17,811 nt of DNA from Bdellovibrionales bacterium (GCA_031426555.1 JANPLN010000027.1:1-17811); one strand, 5' to 3'; shown: positions 1 through 8,964, counted from the first letter of the stretch. Notes: generated by a model from the sequence alone, not told the origin. Numbers and translations: made by a program.

Positions 1-665
1 GTTTTCCAATTGTAAAAACTCTTAACATCTCTCACCTGCTTGGACTCTTTGGCTTTAATTGTATAGCTATAGGGTACGAGATCTTCATAATCCATGAAAA
101 ACTCAGCCATATCATCCACAGCGTAAAATAGCGAAAACGTAGAACTTGAACGGGCATGAAAGGTAAAGCGATAGGACTTACGACCATTTACTTCGACAAA
201 CGGATGCGTCTTCATCGTGAATCGTCCACCTTCGAGAGCAAAGTAGGAAACGGCATAGATCAGCTCTTCATTATCTACGAAAGGATCCACCTTAGGTCGG
301 CGTCCAATGAAACCCTCCCCATCCTCCATTTCTGGCTGATGTTTAAGAGGCTTCGAAGCTTTTTCGGGCGAAACCAGAGGTTCCGCTTTCATCGGAGGTT
401 TGGCAGAATTGGATTTACCCGGTTTTGCTTTAGAAACTTTTTTAGCGCCTGCGGCAGTCGCTTCGGCAGTCTCATCCGCCGTCTTATTGGCAGACGCTTT
501 CACGTCCTCTACTTTTACGGTTTCTGGTGCAGGAATCTCTTCAACCTTTAAGCTGTCGCTAAACTCTTTGTTTTCTAAAAGCTTTTCATCGTACTCAGTA
601 AAAAGTGTGGCACAGCTGCTTGCCAAAAGAGGAAACAAAATAAGGACTATTTTATTTTTATTCAC
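1..665 (-). CDS. Putative lipoprotein with a DUF3108-like domain (3' end truncated by the window edge)
   Basis: Manual translation from GTG at 665 (8-nt overlap with the lpxL end) is open for 221 codons to the edge: MNKNKIVLILFPLLASSC (basic N-terminus, hydrophobic core, lipobox-like LASSC, Cys18), a K/E/A/P-rich linker, then DPFVDNEELIYAVSYFALEGGRFTMKT...FHARSSSTFSLFYAVDD, which resembles the DUF3108 N-terminus. The family call is from memory, not a search. Confidence 0.75.
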   Translation of the reverse strand, partial: MNKNKIVLILFPLLASSCATLFTEYDEKLLENKEFSDSLKVEEIPAPETVKVEDVKASANKTADETAEATAAGAKKVSKAKPGKSNSAKPPMKAEPLVSPEKASKPLKHQPEMEDGEGFIGRRPKVDPFVDNEELIYAVSYFALEGGRFTMKTHPFVEVNGRKSYRFTFHARSSSTFSLFYAVDDMAEFFMDYEDLVPYSYTIKAKESKQVRDVKSFYNWK

Positions 666-1533
666 GAAACACCTTCCAGCGTCGATGAATCCACATCCAC
701 TGCTCTGGATACTTGCGAACAATGGCTTCAATACGATCAGTATACTTCTGCGTCATGTATTGTACATTCTTATTTTTATCGCCCATCTCTTCGAAAAGCA
801 CCTCAGGCTCAAAACACACGCTATAGCGTCCATTCGTTGTACGTCTCGAGTAGCAAGGAACTACCGGTGCCCCTGTTTTTTGTGCAAAAAGGGCGAGGCC
901 CATGGCGGTTCCCGTTTCTCTGCCAAAAAATACGGTTCGAGTTCCCAAAGGTGGACCCATAAATTGATCCAAAACAAAAATCACACAGGCGTTTTTTTGA
1001 AGCGCTTTCAAAATTTCGTAGGGGCTGTTTCGGGGAGCAATAAATTGCGTACCAAAACGCCCGCGAACCGAAAACCAAATTTCATCCAACCACAAATTAC
1101 TAAATCTTTTTGATATCAAATGCATGGGGTAGCCAAAGTTCGAAAGGGCCAAGACTCCAAAATCGCCATTGGCGATATGACAACCTAAGACAATGACGCC
1201 TTTGTTCTGCTTGAGTGCCCGATCGATATGTTCCAACCCTTCAAATCCGACGTGTTCTCGAAGTTGAACAGGAGACATCCAGGTGAGCGTGTTGAAGTCT
1301 ATGATCGTCCGCCCCATCTGAATCACCGAGGCTCGGGCGATTTGCGTGGCTTTTTGCAAAGAAATACCGGGAAAGGAATTTTGGATGTTATTCATGGCAA
1401 CCGTGCGCCGAATTCGCAAGATATCAAACCATAATATACCAATTCCAAGGGCCAATAATTCCTTAAACCAATGAGGTGATTTAAAGATGATGTAGGAAAA
1501 AATATAAAAAACGTTTTTAAATAAGTTTTTCAT
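658..1533 (-). CDS. lpxL: Lipid A late (secondary) acyltransferase, LpxL/HtrB family
   Basis: H-x4-D motif (CHIANGD), FVLDQ, C-terminal PEQWMWIHRRWK, N-terminal membrane segment; lies directly after lpxK. Confidence 0.88.
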   Translation of the reverse strand: MKNLFKNVFYIFSYIIFKSPHWFKELLALGIGILWFDILRIRRTVAMNNIQNSFPGISLQKATQIARASVIQMGRTIIDFNTLTWMSPVQLREHVGFEGLEHIDRALKQNKGVIVLGCHIANGDFGVLALSNFGYPMHLISKRFSNLWLDEIWFSVRGRFGTQFIAPRNSPYEILKALQKNACVIFVLDQFMGPPLGTRTVFFGRETGTAMGLALFAQKTGAPVVPCYSRRTTNGRYSVCFEPEVLFEEMGDKNKNVQYMTQKYTDRIEAIVRKYPEQWMWIHRRWKVFRE

Positions 1534-2527
1534 ATTCTAATTCCGGGGAGATTTTAAGTTCCAGCTTCACAGTGTGCACTTGCAAATAACGAAAAATTAA
1601 ATTTTCCATTTTTACTGCATCTTTTTCTGTAATCAGTAAAGTCTTTATACCAGCGTCGAGCGCTTCAATCTCCATGGCATCCACGTCTTTTTGCTGCCAA
1701 ACGTAATGGTCCTTGGCCGCAAAGTGTTTCACAGCGCGACAGCGATTCTCCACAAGTTTAAAAAAACTTTCCGGCCGGGCAATGGAAGATGCCAAGAAAA
1801 CCCTTTCGCCGTCCGAAAAAACATCAGTGCCGCGAAAGATATTTATTTTACGAATGGCATATTCGGATTCGTAAAGGTTTCCCTGATTTTTTGAAAAACC
1901 TTTTTTTCGCAAACGTTCCAACCACAATGATTTTTGCCCGAGACTGATCAAGTTTGTTTTAGTTAAAACCACCAATTGTGCGCGCCGGAGCGAAGAAAGG
2001 GGTTCTCGGTATCTCCCTACGGGCATCAACCAGCAGTTTTTATCTGTGCTATCGACCAAAACGATATCGAGAGAGCGACCCATCCAGCGATGCTGAAAGC
2101 TGTCATCGGAAACTATGACTTCTGGATTTGCTTGCTGAAGACTAAGTTCAACAGCTGCGGATCGATCGTGAGCCACAAATATAGAGGCCATTGTGTTTTT
2201 TGCAAAAAACACTGGCTCATCGCCATAAAGACTGGCCGCATTTTCATTGTCAGGCAAAACCCTGGTGGCATAGCCTCCATAATTTCCACCGTATCCACGA
2301 CTTACAATGCTCACACGTTTCTTTTGCTGTTGCAGGATTTCGACAATTTTTTTAACGTGGGGGGTTTTTCCTGTCCCACCAACACTAATATTGCCCACCG
2401 AAATGATCGGCACGGCAAATTTTCGAACTTTCAAAAGACCCCGATCAAAACAAAAATTTCGGGCCATCGTTATAACGTAAAAAAGGACCGTGAGAGGCCA
2501 TAGGATAGGTCCCAAAAAAAATCTCAT
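1517..2527 (-). CDS. lpxK: Tetraacyldisaccharide 4'-kinase
   Basis: VGNISVGGTGKTP P-loop, SRGYG, GDEP, DDSFQH, TEKDAVK; ATGA overlap with the lpxB stop. Confidence 0.96.
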   Translation of the reverse strand: MRFFLGPILWPLTVLFYVITMARNFCFDRGLLKVRKFAVPIISVGNISVGGTGKTPHVKKIVEILQQQKKRVSIVSRGYGGNYGGYATRVLPDNENAASLYGDEPVFFAKNTMASIFVAHDRSAAVELSLQQANPEVIVSDDSFQHRWMGRSLDIVLVDSTDKNCWLMPVGRYREPLSSLRRAQLVVLTKTNLISLGQKSLWLERLRKKGFSKNQGNLYESEYAIRKINIFRGTDVFSDGERVFLASSIARPESFFKLVENRCRAVKHFAAKDHYVWQQKDVDAMEIEALDAGIKTLLITEKDAVKMENLIFRYLQVHTVKLELKISPELEYEKLI

Positions 2528-3693
2528 AAGCCAGCAAACTCCAACAGTGCTCGCGAAAGATTTTGCAAACCGTTTCCGTCACCTAATTTAGCTTTTAGTT
2601 GCTTAAGCTCAACGATCATCTGCGTTCGATAGGTTTGATCAGAGATAATCTGCGATAAACAACGACTCAGTTCCTCAGGAGTGGCGCGCTCCTGGAAGCG
2701 CTCCGGAACAATCTCTCGCTCGGCAATAAGATTGACCATTCCAAAGAAGGGAATCTTGTTCACCAGCCACTTTGCCAAGACACCTGAAATGGCGTTCATT
2801 CGATACATGATCACCATTGGCTTTTCGCACAGGCCCACCATTAAAGTCGCGGTGCCAGAAGCACAAAGAACTTCGTCCGCTGTATGGATCATTAAAAAAG
2901 GATCCTCTTTTAGAAATAAACCCTTATAGCCCAACTGGAGTGCCTGCTCTTGAACCACCCTCTCGTCCAGCGACGGCGCAATCAACAGCACCGGTTGAAC
3001 ATCGGGATGCTGATCCGCAACTTTTTGCGCCGTTTCGATCTGTGTCTTTAAGTTGTACTTCAATTCGCTCTTCCGACTGCCTGGCATCAGTCCCAGAATT
3101 CTTTTTTTGTCAGCCTTTAATAAATGGGATCGAATGTCCGCAATTTTTTGTGGCGTTGCGTTTTTTTCGGCGAGCATTTCTAAAAGTGGATGCCCCACAA
3201 AACGCGTCGCCAACCCGTGGTTTTTGTAAAAGGCTTCTTCAAAAGGAAAAATCACCAACATTAAATCCACAATTTTTTTGATGTTATGAACCCGGTAACT
3301 GCGCCACGCCCAAATTTGCGGAGAAATGTAATACACCACCGGAACCCCTAAGGACTTCATCTTTTTTGCCAAACGCAGATTAAATTCTGGATAGTCCATC
3401 AATAAAATAAAATCTGGTTTTTCGGTGGTGGCGTAATCAACCACAGCATGAAAGGCTTTTTTAATATCACCCCAATGGGCGATAATTTCTTGCAGTCCGA
3501 CAACAGCCAGTTCTTCTGATCGACCTAAAATCTGAAAGCCCATGGATTCCATGTCGCGACTACCAATACCTGCAGCGGTCCACGATACGTTTTTTTCATT
3601 CCAAATGTGGAGGAGCTGCCGAGCATACGCTGCACTGGAAGCCTCGGCTGCAACGATGAGGACCTTAAGAGATTCTTTTTTGGATATCGGCAC
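2524..3693 (-). CDS. lpxB: Lipid-A-disaccharide synthase
   Basis: DYPEFNLRLA, YYISPQIWAWR, IFPFE, FVGHPL, LMPGSRKSE, ASGTATL; GTG start overlaps the upstream gene by 29 nt. Confidence 0.96.
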   Translation of the reverse strand: MPISKKESLKVLIVAAEASSAAYARQLLHIWNEKNVSWTAAGIGSRDMESMGFQILGRSEELAVVGLQEIIAHWGDIKKAFHAVVDYATTEKPDFILLMDYPEFNLRLAKKMKSLGVPVVYYISPQIWAWRSYRVHNIKKIVDLMLVIFPFEEAFYKNHGLATRFVGHPLLEMLAEKNATPQKIADIRSHLLKADKKRILGLMPGSRKSELKYNLKTQIETAQKVADQHPDVQPVLLIAPSLDERVVQEQALQLGYKGLFLKEDPFLMIHTADEVLCASGTATLMVGLCEKPMVIMYRMNAISGVLAKWLVNKIPFFGMVNLIAEREIVPERFQERATPEELSRCLSQIISDQTYRTQMIVELKQLKAKLGDGNGLQNLSRALLEFAGL

Positions 3694-4621
3694 GAATTAA
3701 CTCCGCAACTTCAAGGGCACGCAGACCGTCCTCGCCAGGCACTAAACACGGCTTTCTTTGCAAAACGGCATCGATAAAGGCTTGATCTTCCACCATCAAA
3801 GCATCGCCTTTTTCCAAATTCCAATTTTCAAGAGCTAACGGCGGGTCTTCGCCAAACTTCCAATCTCCTGTTTTGGTGGTGAGATTCACTTCGCCACTTC
3901 CAAAATCAATGGAGAGATATTGCGACCTTTGAAACACGCGAAATTTGCGCATGCTGTTTAACGAAACTCGTGACGCCGTTAAATTGGCAATGGCCTTCGA
4001 CTCAAATTCCAAGCGAACATTTGCAATGTCCACAGTCTTCGTTAAAACCGGCGTTCCAATGGCCGACACCGATTTTACGGGACTCTTGATCAACGACATC
4101 ACCACATCCAGATCGTGAATCATTAAATCCAAAACCACATCCACATCGATGCTTCGCGGTTTAAAAGGGGCGAGCCGATGGCACTCGATAAAAAGCGGGA
4201 CACCCAGTTTATCCTTTGCGGCTACGAGCGCTGGATTGAAGCGCTCCACATGGCCCACTTGCAATACCACTGCGTGTTCTTTGGCAAGCCTACAAAGCTC
4301 TTTGGCTTCAACCACCGATTCGGTCAGCGGTTTTTCCACCTGAACATGCACGCCTTTTTGTAAAAAAAATTTTGCCACCTCATAGTGATTCGTTGTCGGC
4401 GTGGCGACCATGACAGCATCGACGCGGCCGATGAGAGTTTTGTAATCGGTCTCGGCGTGGCTTTGAACTTCATCGGCCACAGCTTTTGCTTTGACTCCAT
4501 CCACATCACAGATCGCAACAAGTTCGCAGTCCGAAATTTTCGAAAATTTTTGCGCATGAAAGCGGCCCAAGTGACCGGCTCCAACAACCGCGATACGGAT
4601 TTTTTTATTTTTTTCTATCAT
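3665..4621 (-). CDS. gnnA: Gfo/Idh/MocA-family NAD-dependent oxidoreductase, probable UDP-GlcNAc 3-dehydrogenase (GnnA-like)
   Basis: GAGHLG Rossmann motif, EKP, GHVERFNP, DLMIHDLD. Its position between lpxA and lpxB matches gnnA in Acidithiobacillus ferrooxidans. The family is clear; the specific function is inferred from context. Confidence 0.75.
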   Translation of the reverse strand: MIEKNKKIRIAVVGAGHLGRFHAQKFSKISDCELVAICDVDGVKAKAVADEVQSHAETDYKTLIGRVDAVMVATPTTNHYEVAKFFLQKGVHVQVEKPLTESVVEAKELCRLAKEHAVVLQVGHVERFNPALVAAKDKLGVPLFIECHRLAPFKPRSIDVDVVLDLMIHDLDVVMSLIKSPVKSVSAIGTPVLTKTVDIANVRLEFESKAIANLTASRVSLNSMRKFRVFQRSQYLSIDFGSGEVNLTTKTGDWKFGEDPPLALENWNLEKGDALMVEDQAFIDAVLQRKPCLVPGEDGLRALEVAELIRADIQKRIS

Positions 4622-5409
4622 TAGAATGCCAAGCCTCGTTTTCGTTCATCCGACTTGATGAACGCTAAAAAATCATTCAACGCTGGGACCATTTCGCACT
4701 CTTCGGAAATTCTTTGCAGAGAGCCTTCAAGGGTCAACTTTGATTTAGTAATAATACGAACCGCTCGACGAATGTTTTCGATCTCTGCTTTTGAAAAACC
4801 CGCGCGATCCATTCCGATTTCGTTGGCCGCACGGACAACGGCGTATTTACCTTGAGCAATGCAAAATGGAGGAACATCTTTGTTCACGGCACTATCACCT
4901 GTGATGTAGCAGTACTTTCCTAACACAACGAACTGATTAAACAGACAAACTCCGCTGATTTTTGCATGGTCGTGGATTTCCACGTGCCCGGCAAGCTGAC
5001 AGGAATTGGCCATGACAATGTGATTTCCTAACTGACAGTCATGAGCGATGTGCACGTAGGCCATCAGTAGGTTTTCGGAGCCAATGCGTGTCACTCCGCC
5101 ACCTTTGGGTGTTCCAACGTTAATGGAAACAAATTCGCGAATGCTGTTGTTGTCGCCGATGATAAGCTTCGTTTTTTCGCCTTTGTAGGTAAGATCCTGT
5201 GGGGGCCCGCCGACGACCGCACCAGAAAAAAAGCGATTGTTTTTACCGATAATCACATGCGTTTGGGAGTCGCCGATCACCACGTGACTTGCCAGCTGAG
5301 TGCCATCGCCGATGGTCACATCCCCCGTCACAACGCAAAAAGGGCCGATGTTTACATTTTTTCCGAGTTTAACTTCGGGTCCAATAATACTTGTGGGATG
5401 AATACTCAT
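4621..5409 (-). CDS. lpxA: Acyl-ACP--UDP-N-acetylglucosamine(3N) acyltransferase
   Basis: Hexapeptide repeats, PQDL, IREFVSIN, HIAHDC (catalytic His), DVPPF. Start moved from TTG 5415 to ATG 5409 (ATGA overlap with the fabZ stop, SD GAGGAGG at 5423-5417); 262 aa. Confidence 0.96.
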   Translation of the reverse strand: MSIHPTSIIGPEVKLGKNVNIGPFCVVTGDVTIGDGTQLASHVVIGDSQTHVIIGKNNRFFSGAVVGGPPQDLTYKGEKTKLIIGDNNSIREFVSINVGTPKGGGVTRIGSENLLMAYVHIAHDCQLGNHIVMANSCQLAGHVEIHDHAKISGVCLFNQFVVLGKYCYITGDSAVNKDVPPFCIAQGKYAVVRAANEIGMDRAGFSKAEIENIRRAVRIITKSKLTLEGSLQRISEECEMVPALNDFLAFIKSDERKRGLAF

Positions 5410-5891
5410 ACCCAAGCCTCCTCTGTGGGGAATATCTTAGCCGTGATGTCAGTTTCGGCCACGAGCTCTCCATCACAATAAATAGCGCCCTTCAGGCACA
5501 CAATACCCGATTTTTCTTTGGTGATTTCCGCATGGATTTCCAACACATCTCCGGGAACCACCGGGCGACGAAAACGGGTGTTATCAATTTTGGCAATAAG
5601 CACGTCAAGATGTTCACCCTCGCGCGGTAAACAGGCCAAAGCACCGGCCTGGGCCATGGCCTCTACCTGTAAAACTCCCGGCATCACTGGTTTGTGCGGA
5701 AAATGACCGTTAAAGTACGGCTCATTCACAGTGACGTTTTTTCGCGCAATCACTTTGCGGCCCACGCGAACCTTGTCACCACCTGGGCTGGGCGTATACG
5801 AATCAATTCGATCGATAAACAAAAACGGAAACCTGTGAGGAATCCGTTTTCGAATAGCAAGCACATCCATGAAAACTTTTTTTTCAGACAT
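5406..5891 (-). CDS. fabZ: 3-hydroxyacyl-ACP dehydratase
   Basis: IPHRFPFLFID, KNVTVNEPYFNGHFP, MPGVLQVEAMAQ. Confidence 0.96.
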   Translation of the reverse strand: MSEKKVFMDVLAIRKRIPHRFPFLFIDRIDSYTPSPGGDKVRVGRKVIARKNVTVNEPYFNGHFPHKPVMPGVLQVEAMAQAGALACLPREGEHLDVLIAKIDNTRFRRPVVPGDVLEIHAEITKEKSGIVCLKGAIYCDGELVAETDITAKIFPTEEAWV

Positions 5892-5894
5892 CTA

Positions 5895-6404
5895 TTACTT
5901 ATCCGCTCGTTTTATCACTTCGTCGGTAATGTCGAGCTCGGTTTTTGCAAACATCACGCTTTGTTCAGCTTTTTCGAGCACTATGGAGAAGTCTTTTTCT
6001 TTAGCGATTTCCAATATAACCTTCTGCAGTTTTTCTAGAATCGGCTTCGTCAATTCACGCTCGCGCTGCTGAATGGTGACTTGGCTCTTGCTCACTTCTT
6101 CGCGAAATTGCATCATATCTTTTTGCAAATCTGTTTGTTGCTCTTGGCGAACTTTGTCGGAGAGTACAGCCTGCTTTTTCTCAAATTCTTCGACGCGCTT
6201 TTTAAGATCGTCTTCTTTTTTCTTTAGATCTTTCTTTTTCTTTTCAAAATCACCTTCAACTTCTTTTTTGGCTTTTTTGCCAGCCGAAGATGTTTGAATG
6301 GCTTTTTGCATATCGACCACACCGACTTTAAATTCAGCGGCAACTGCCGCGTTCGTAAATAAACCGGCAAATAAAGCGACCGCGATAAAAACTGTATTTC
6401 TCAT
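5895..6404 (-). CDS. skp: Periplasmic chaperone Skp/OmpH
   Basis: Signal peptide ending AVAA, KVGVVDMQKA, long coiled coil, C-terminal DITDEVIK; SD GGAGG at 6415-6411; follows bamA. Confidence 0.93.
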   Translation of the reverse strand: MRNTVFIAVALFAGLFTNAAVAAEFKVGVVDMQKAIQTSSAGKKAKKEVEGDFEKKKKDLKKKEDDLKKRVEEFEKKQAVLSDKVRQEQQTDLQKDMMQFREEVSKSQVTIQQRERELTKPILEKLQKVILEIAKEKDFSIVLEKAEQSVMFAKTELDITDEVIKRADK

Positions 6405-6445
6405 TAGTATCCTCCGTTTAAAAAATGACTCGTATAACTTAAACT

Positions 6446-8863
6446 CTAAAATGGACTTCCAACGGCAAATTGGAAGTTGTTACTGCGTTCACCCAGCTCG
6501 GCCCGTCGATCCAACGGGAACCCAAACTCAAAGCGCAATGGACCCATGGGTGAAAACCAACGAATTCCAAACCCGATATCAGCGCGAAAGTTGCTGGAAT
6601 CGATGTTGTTTTCAGCTTGACCTATATCATAAAAAATAACCGCGCGCATCCCCGCTTCCTTTGCCAGCGGAAATTCAAGCTCTGCCATGTAAAAAAGCTG
6701 CTGGGAGCCGCCCATAACCGTGAAGGCCCGTTGGCAGTTGCTGTCGAAGACCGCCGCGCAGGCCACGGCTGGATCCACGTTGCCCGGGCTGGAGGGATTC
6801 AACAAATAGTTGTAAAGCTGTTTTGAAAATTTTCGCGTCCCGACGTTTCTAAAGGCATAACCGCGCAAATTATTCGGGCCACCCAGTCGAAATAGCTCAG
6901 TAAACGGCAAAGGTTTATCGTCCACAGAGCCCATAATGCCATAGGAGAAATTGTTTCGAAAAACCACATCCCAAAATAGGTTTTTATAATAGCGAGCGTT
7001 GAACTGCGACTTCATAAACTTAATATCGCCGCCGAGGCCGGCAAACTCATAGGAAGCACTTGCATAGGCGCCCGCCGTGGGCATCATACGATCGTTCCGT
7101 TTATCGAACTCCAAGGACCCCTGAACAGAGCTTGTTGTTCCATTTACCGTGGCTGGATCTAAAACATCCGATACATCCTGCTGAGCATCGTAGCGCACAA
7201 ACGTATCGTCGAACTTATATCTTACAAAGGCGTAAAAATTATTGTTTTGGAAATAATCAAAAAATAGCGGATGTCCACCGCGCACAGACGCGCCTTTGTT
7301 TTTCTGTATGTACTGATTGAAACTGGAATCCGAATAGTATACGTCGGTGCCTAAGCTCCAAAAGGTGTCGTTGAAGTAAGGATCAGTAAAACTCAAAGTG
7401 TAGTTTTGATTGTTTTGGTTGTAATCGACTCGCAGGCCAGCGCGATACCCATAGCCCATAAAGTTGCTCTCATCGAGCTGCACGTTAAGCTGCGCACCTA
7501 AAGCGGTGGCGTAACCGGCCCCTAATTGAAATTGCCCGGTGTTGCGCTCTTTCACCACGATATCGATATCCATTTGATCATCGCGACCTGGGGGAGTTTT
7601 TGTCATGAATTGCGCGTCTTCAAAGTATCCCAGTCGCTTAATGTTCGCCAAGGAATTGCGCTTGTGAGTTTCGTTGTAAAGTTCGCCTTCGATAAACCGA
7701 AGTTCACGGCGAATCACTTTGTCCCGAGTGCTTGTATTGCCGATCACGTTGATCCGTCGGAAGTAAACCTTCTGACCCTTTTCGATTTCGTAGGTGATGT
7801 TGACCTTGCGCTCTTTTTCGAGCGTTTGAATGCGTGGAATGGGGTTGGCGTAGGCGTAACCCAAATCACCATATTTTGCTTCGAGAGCGCGCAGATCGTT
7901 TTGCACGGTTTCGTAGGAAAAATCTTCGGAGTCGTCAATTTTTGTCTCTGCTCTGAGGTCTGCTTTGTCGAACAAAAGATCGCCGGAAAAATCCACTTCA
8001 CCAACTTGGAAGAGCTCACCCTCTTCAATCTTAATCGAAATATAAATACCCTTTTTATCGGGCGTCACCGTCACTTCGGGACGGCTCACTTTTGCCTGCA
8101 CATAACCCTTGTTGAGATAAATCATCGACAGGCGCTTTACATCGTCGTCGAACATGTCCTGCTTGTAAGTGCCGCTGCCGCTGAGGAAACTAAAAAAGCC
8201 GCCCTCTTGGGTGGCCATAAACGCTTTTAAATCCTGTGCGACAACATTTTTATTGCCAACAAACGACACTCGCTTTACTTGCACTTTTTGATTTTCATTC
8301 ACTTTAAAAATCAACCGCGAGGATTGGGGTGTTTTTGGCTCCGGCTTCAGTGTGAACTCGACTTTTGCGAGGAGATAGCCTTTTTCCTCGTAGGCTTTTT
8401 GAATTTCGGAAATGGCTTTTTGAATTTTGCTGTAATTCACCATCTCGAAGGTTTTGAGACCCGACTTCTCAGTGAGTTCTTCGTCGTCCAGCTCGTCATT
8501 GCCTTCGAATTCGATGGCCGAGATGGATGGCTTTTCCGAAACAGTGATGATGAGTTGTGTTCCTTGCCGAGCCACTTGGATATCTTCAAAATATCCCATG
8601 TCGTAGAGGGCTTGAATGTCTTCGCGAACTTTGCTGCTATCGAACGTGGAACCCGCTTTGATGGACATTTTTTCCGTGATGGCCGTGGTCTCGATTTTTT
8701 TATTGCCGTCCACGCGAATTTCGGAAATCGTGGAGGTTTGTTTGATTGTGGAAGACTGGCTGGCTGTAGATTTTTGGTTTGCCGGTTTCTGGTTTGCAGT
8801 TTTTTGGGCGACTGCATACGGGTTCCATAAAATCAAAAATGCCAAAATCAACGATGATTTCAC
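6446..8863 (-). CDS. bamA: Outer membrane protein assembly factor BamA
   Basis: POTRA-type repeats (IRVDGNKKI, IEFEGN, VSFVGN, VDFSGD, INVIGNTSTRDKVIRRE), LRGY loop-6 motif, GFGIRWFSPMGPLRF, terminal Phe. Start reassigned to GTG 8863 (SD GAGGAG 8873-8868, signal peptide follows); 805 aa. Confidence 0.96.
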   Translation of the reverse strand: MKSSLILAFLILWNPYAVAQKTANQKPANQKSTASQSSTIKQTSTISEIRVDGNKKIETTAITEKMSIKAGSTFDSSKVREDIQALYDMGYFEDIQVARQGTQLIITVSEKPSISAIEFEGNDELDDEELTEKSGLKTFEMVNYSKIQKAISEIQKAYEEKGYLLAKVEFTLKPEPKTPQSSRLIFKVNENQKVQVKRVSFVGNKNVVAQDLKAFMATQEGGFFSFLSGSGTYKQDMFDDDVKRLSMIYLNKGYVQAKVSRPEVTVTPDKKGIYISIKIEEGELFQVGEVDFSGDLLFDKADLRAETKIDDSEDFSYETVQNDLRALEAKYGDLGYAYANPIPRIQTLEKERKVNITYEIEKGQKVYFRRINVIGNTSTRDKVIRRELRFIEGELYNETHKRNSLANIKRLGYFEDAQFMTKTPPGRDDQMDIDIVVKERNTGQFQLGAGYATALGAQLNVQLDESNFMGYGYRAGLRVDYNQNNQNYTLSFTDPYFNDTFWSLGTDVYYSDSSFNQYIQKNKGASVRGGHPLFFDYFQNNNFYAFVRYKFDDTFVRYDAQQDVSDVLDPATVNGTTSSVQGSLEFDKRNDRMMPTAGAYASASYEFAGLGGDIKFMKSQFNARYYKNLFWDVVFRNNFSYGIMGSVDDKPLPFTELFRLGGPNNLRGYAFRNVGTRKFSKQLYNYLLNPSSPGNVDPAVACAAVFDSNCQRAFTVMGGSQQLFYMAELEFPLAKEAGMRAVIFYDIGQAENNIDSSNFRADIGFGIRWFSPMGPLRFEFGFPLDRRAELGERSNNFQFAVGSPF

Positions 8864-8921
8864 GAAACTCCTCAAACCCGTCTCATACTCTGTAAAGTGC
8901 TGCCTTTTAAGAACAAATTGC

Positions 8922-8950
8922 AAGTTAGCTATAAACGTTAGGCATGTCAA
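8922..8950 (-). promoter_or_regulatory. Putative sigma70 promoter internal to the gene run, upstream of bamA
   Basis: TTGACA (8950-8945), 17-nt spacer, TAACTT (8927-8922) in the 101-nt lolD-bamA gap. Confidence 0.6.
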
Positions 8951-8964
8951 AACTGTTGTGGCTG

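Noticed and set aside
400..1113. 237-aa plus-strand ORF (and 156..551)
   Set aside because: Antisense shadow of lpxL and the lipoprotein gene; no recognisable motifs.
6170..6280. Long T-rich (poly-Lys) tracts in skp as possible phase-variation sites
   Set aside because: They encode the Lys/Glu-rich coiled coil, the runs are interrupted, and the frame is intact.
8750..8810. ANQK-x repeat at the mature BamA N-terminus
   Set aside because: Two short imperfect copies in a low-complexity linker; not a meaningful repeat array.
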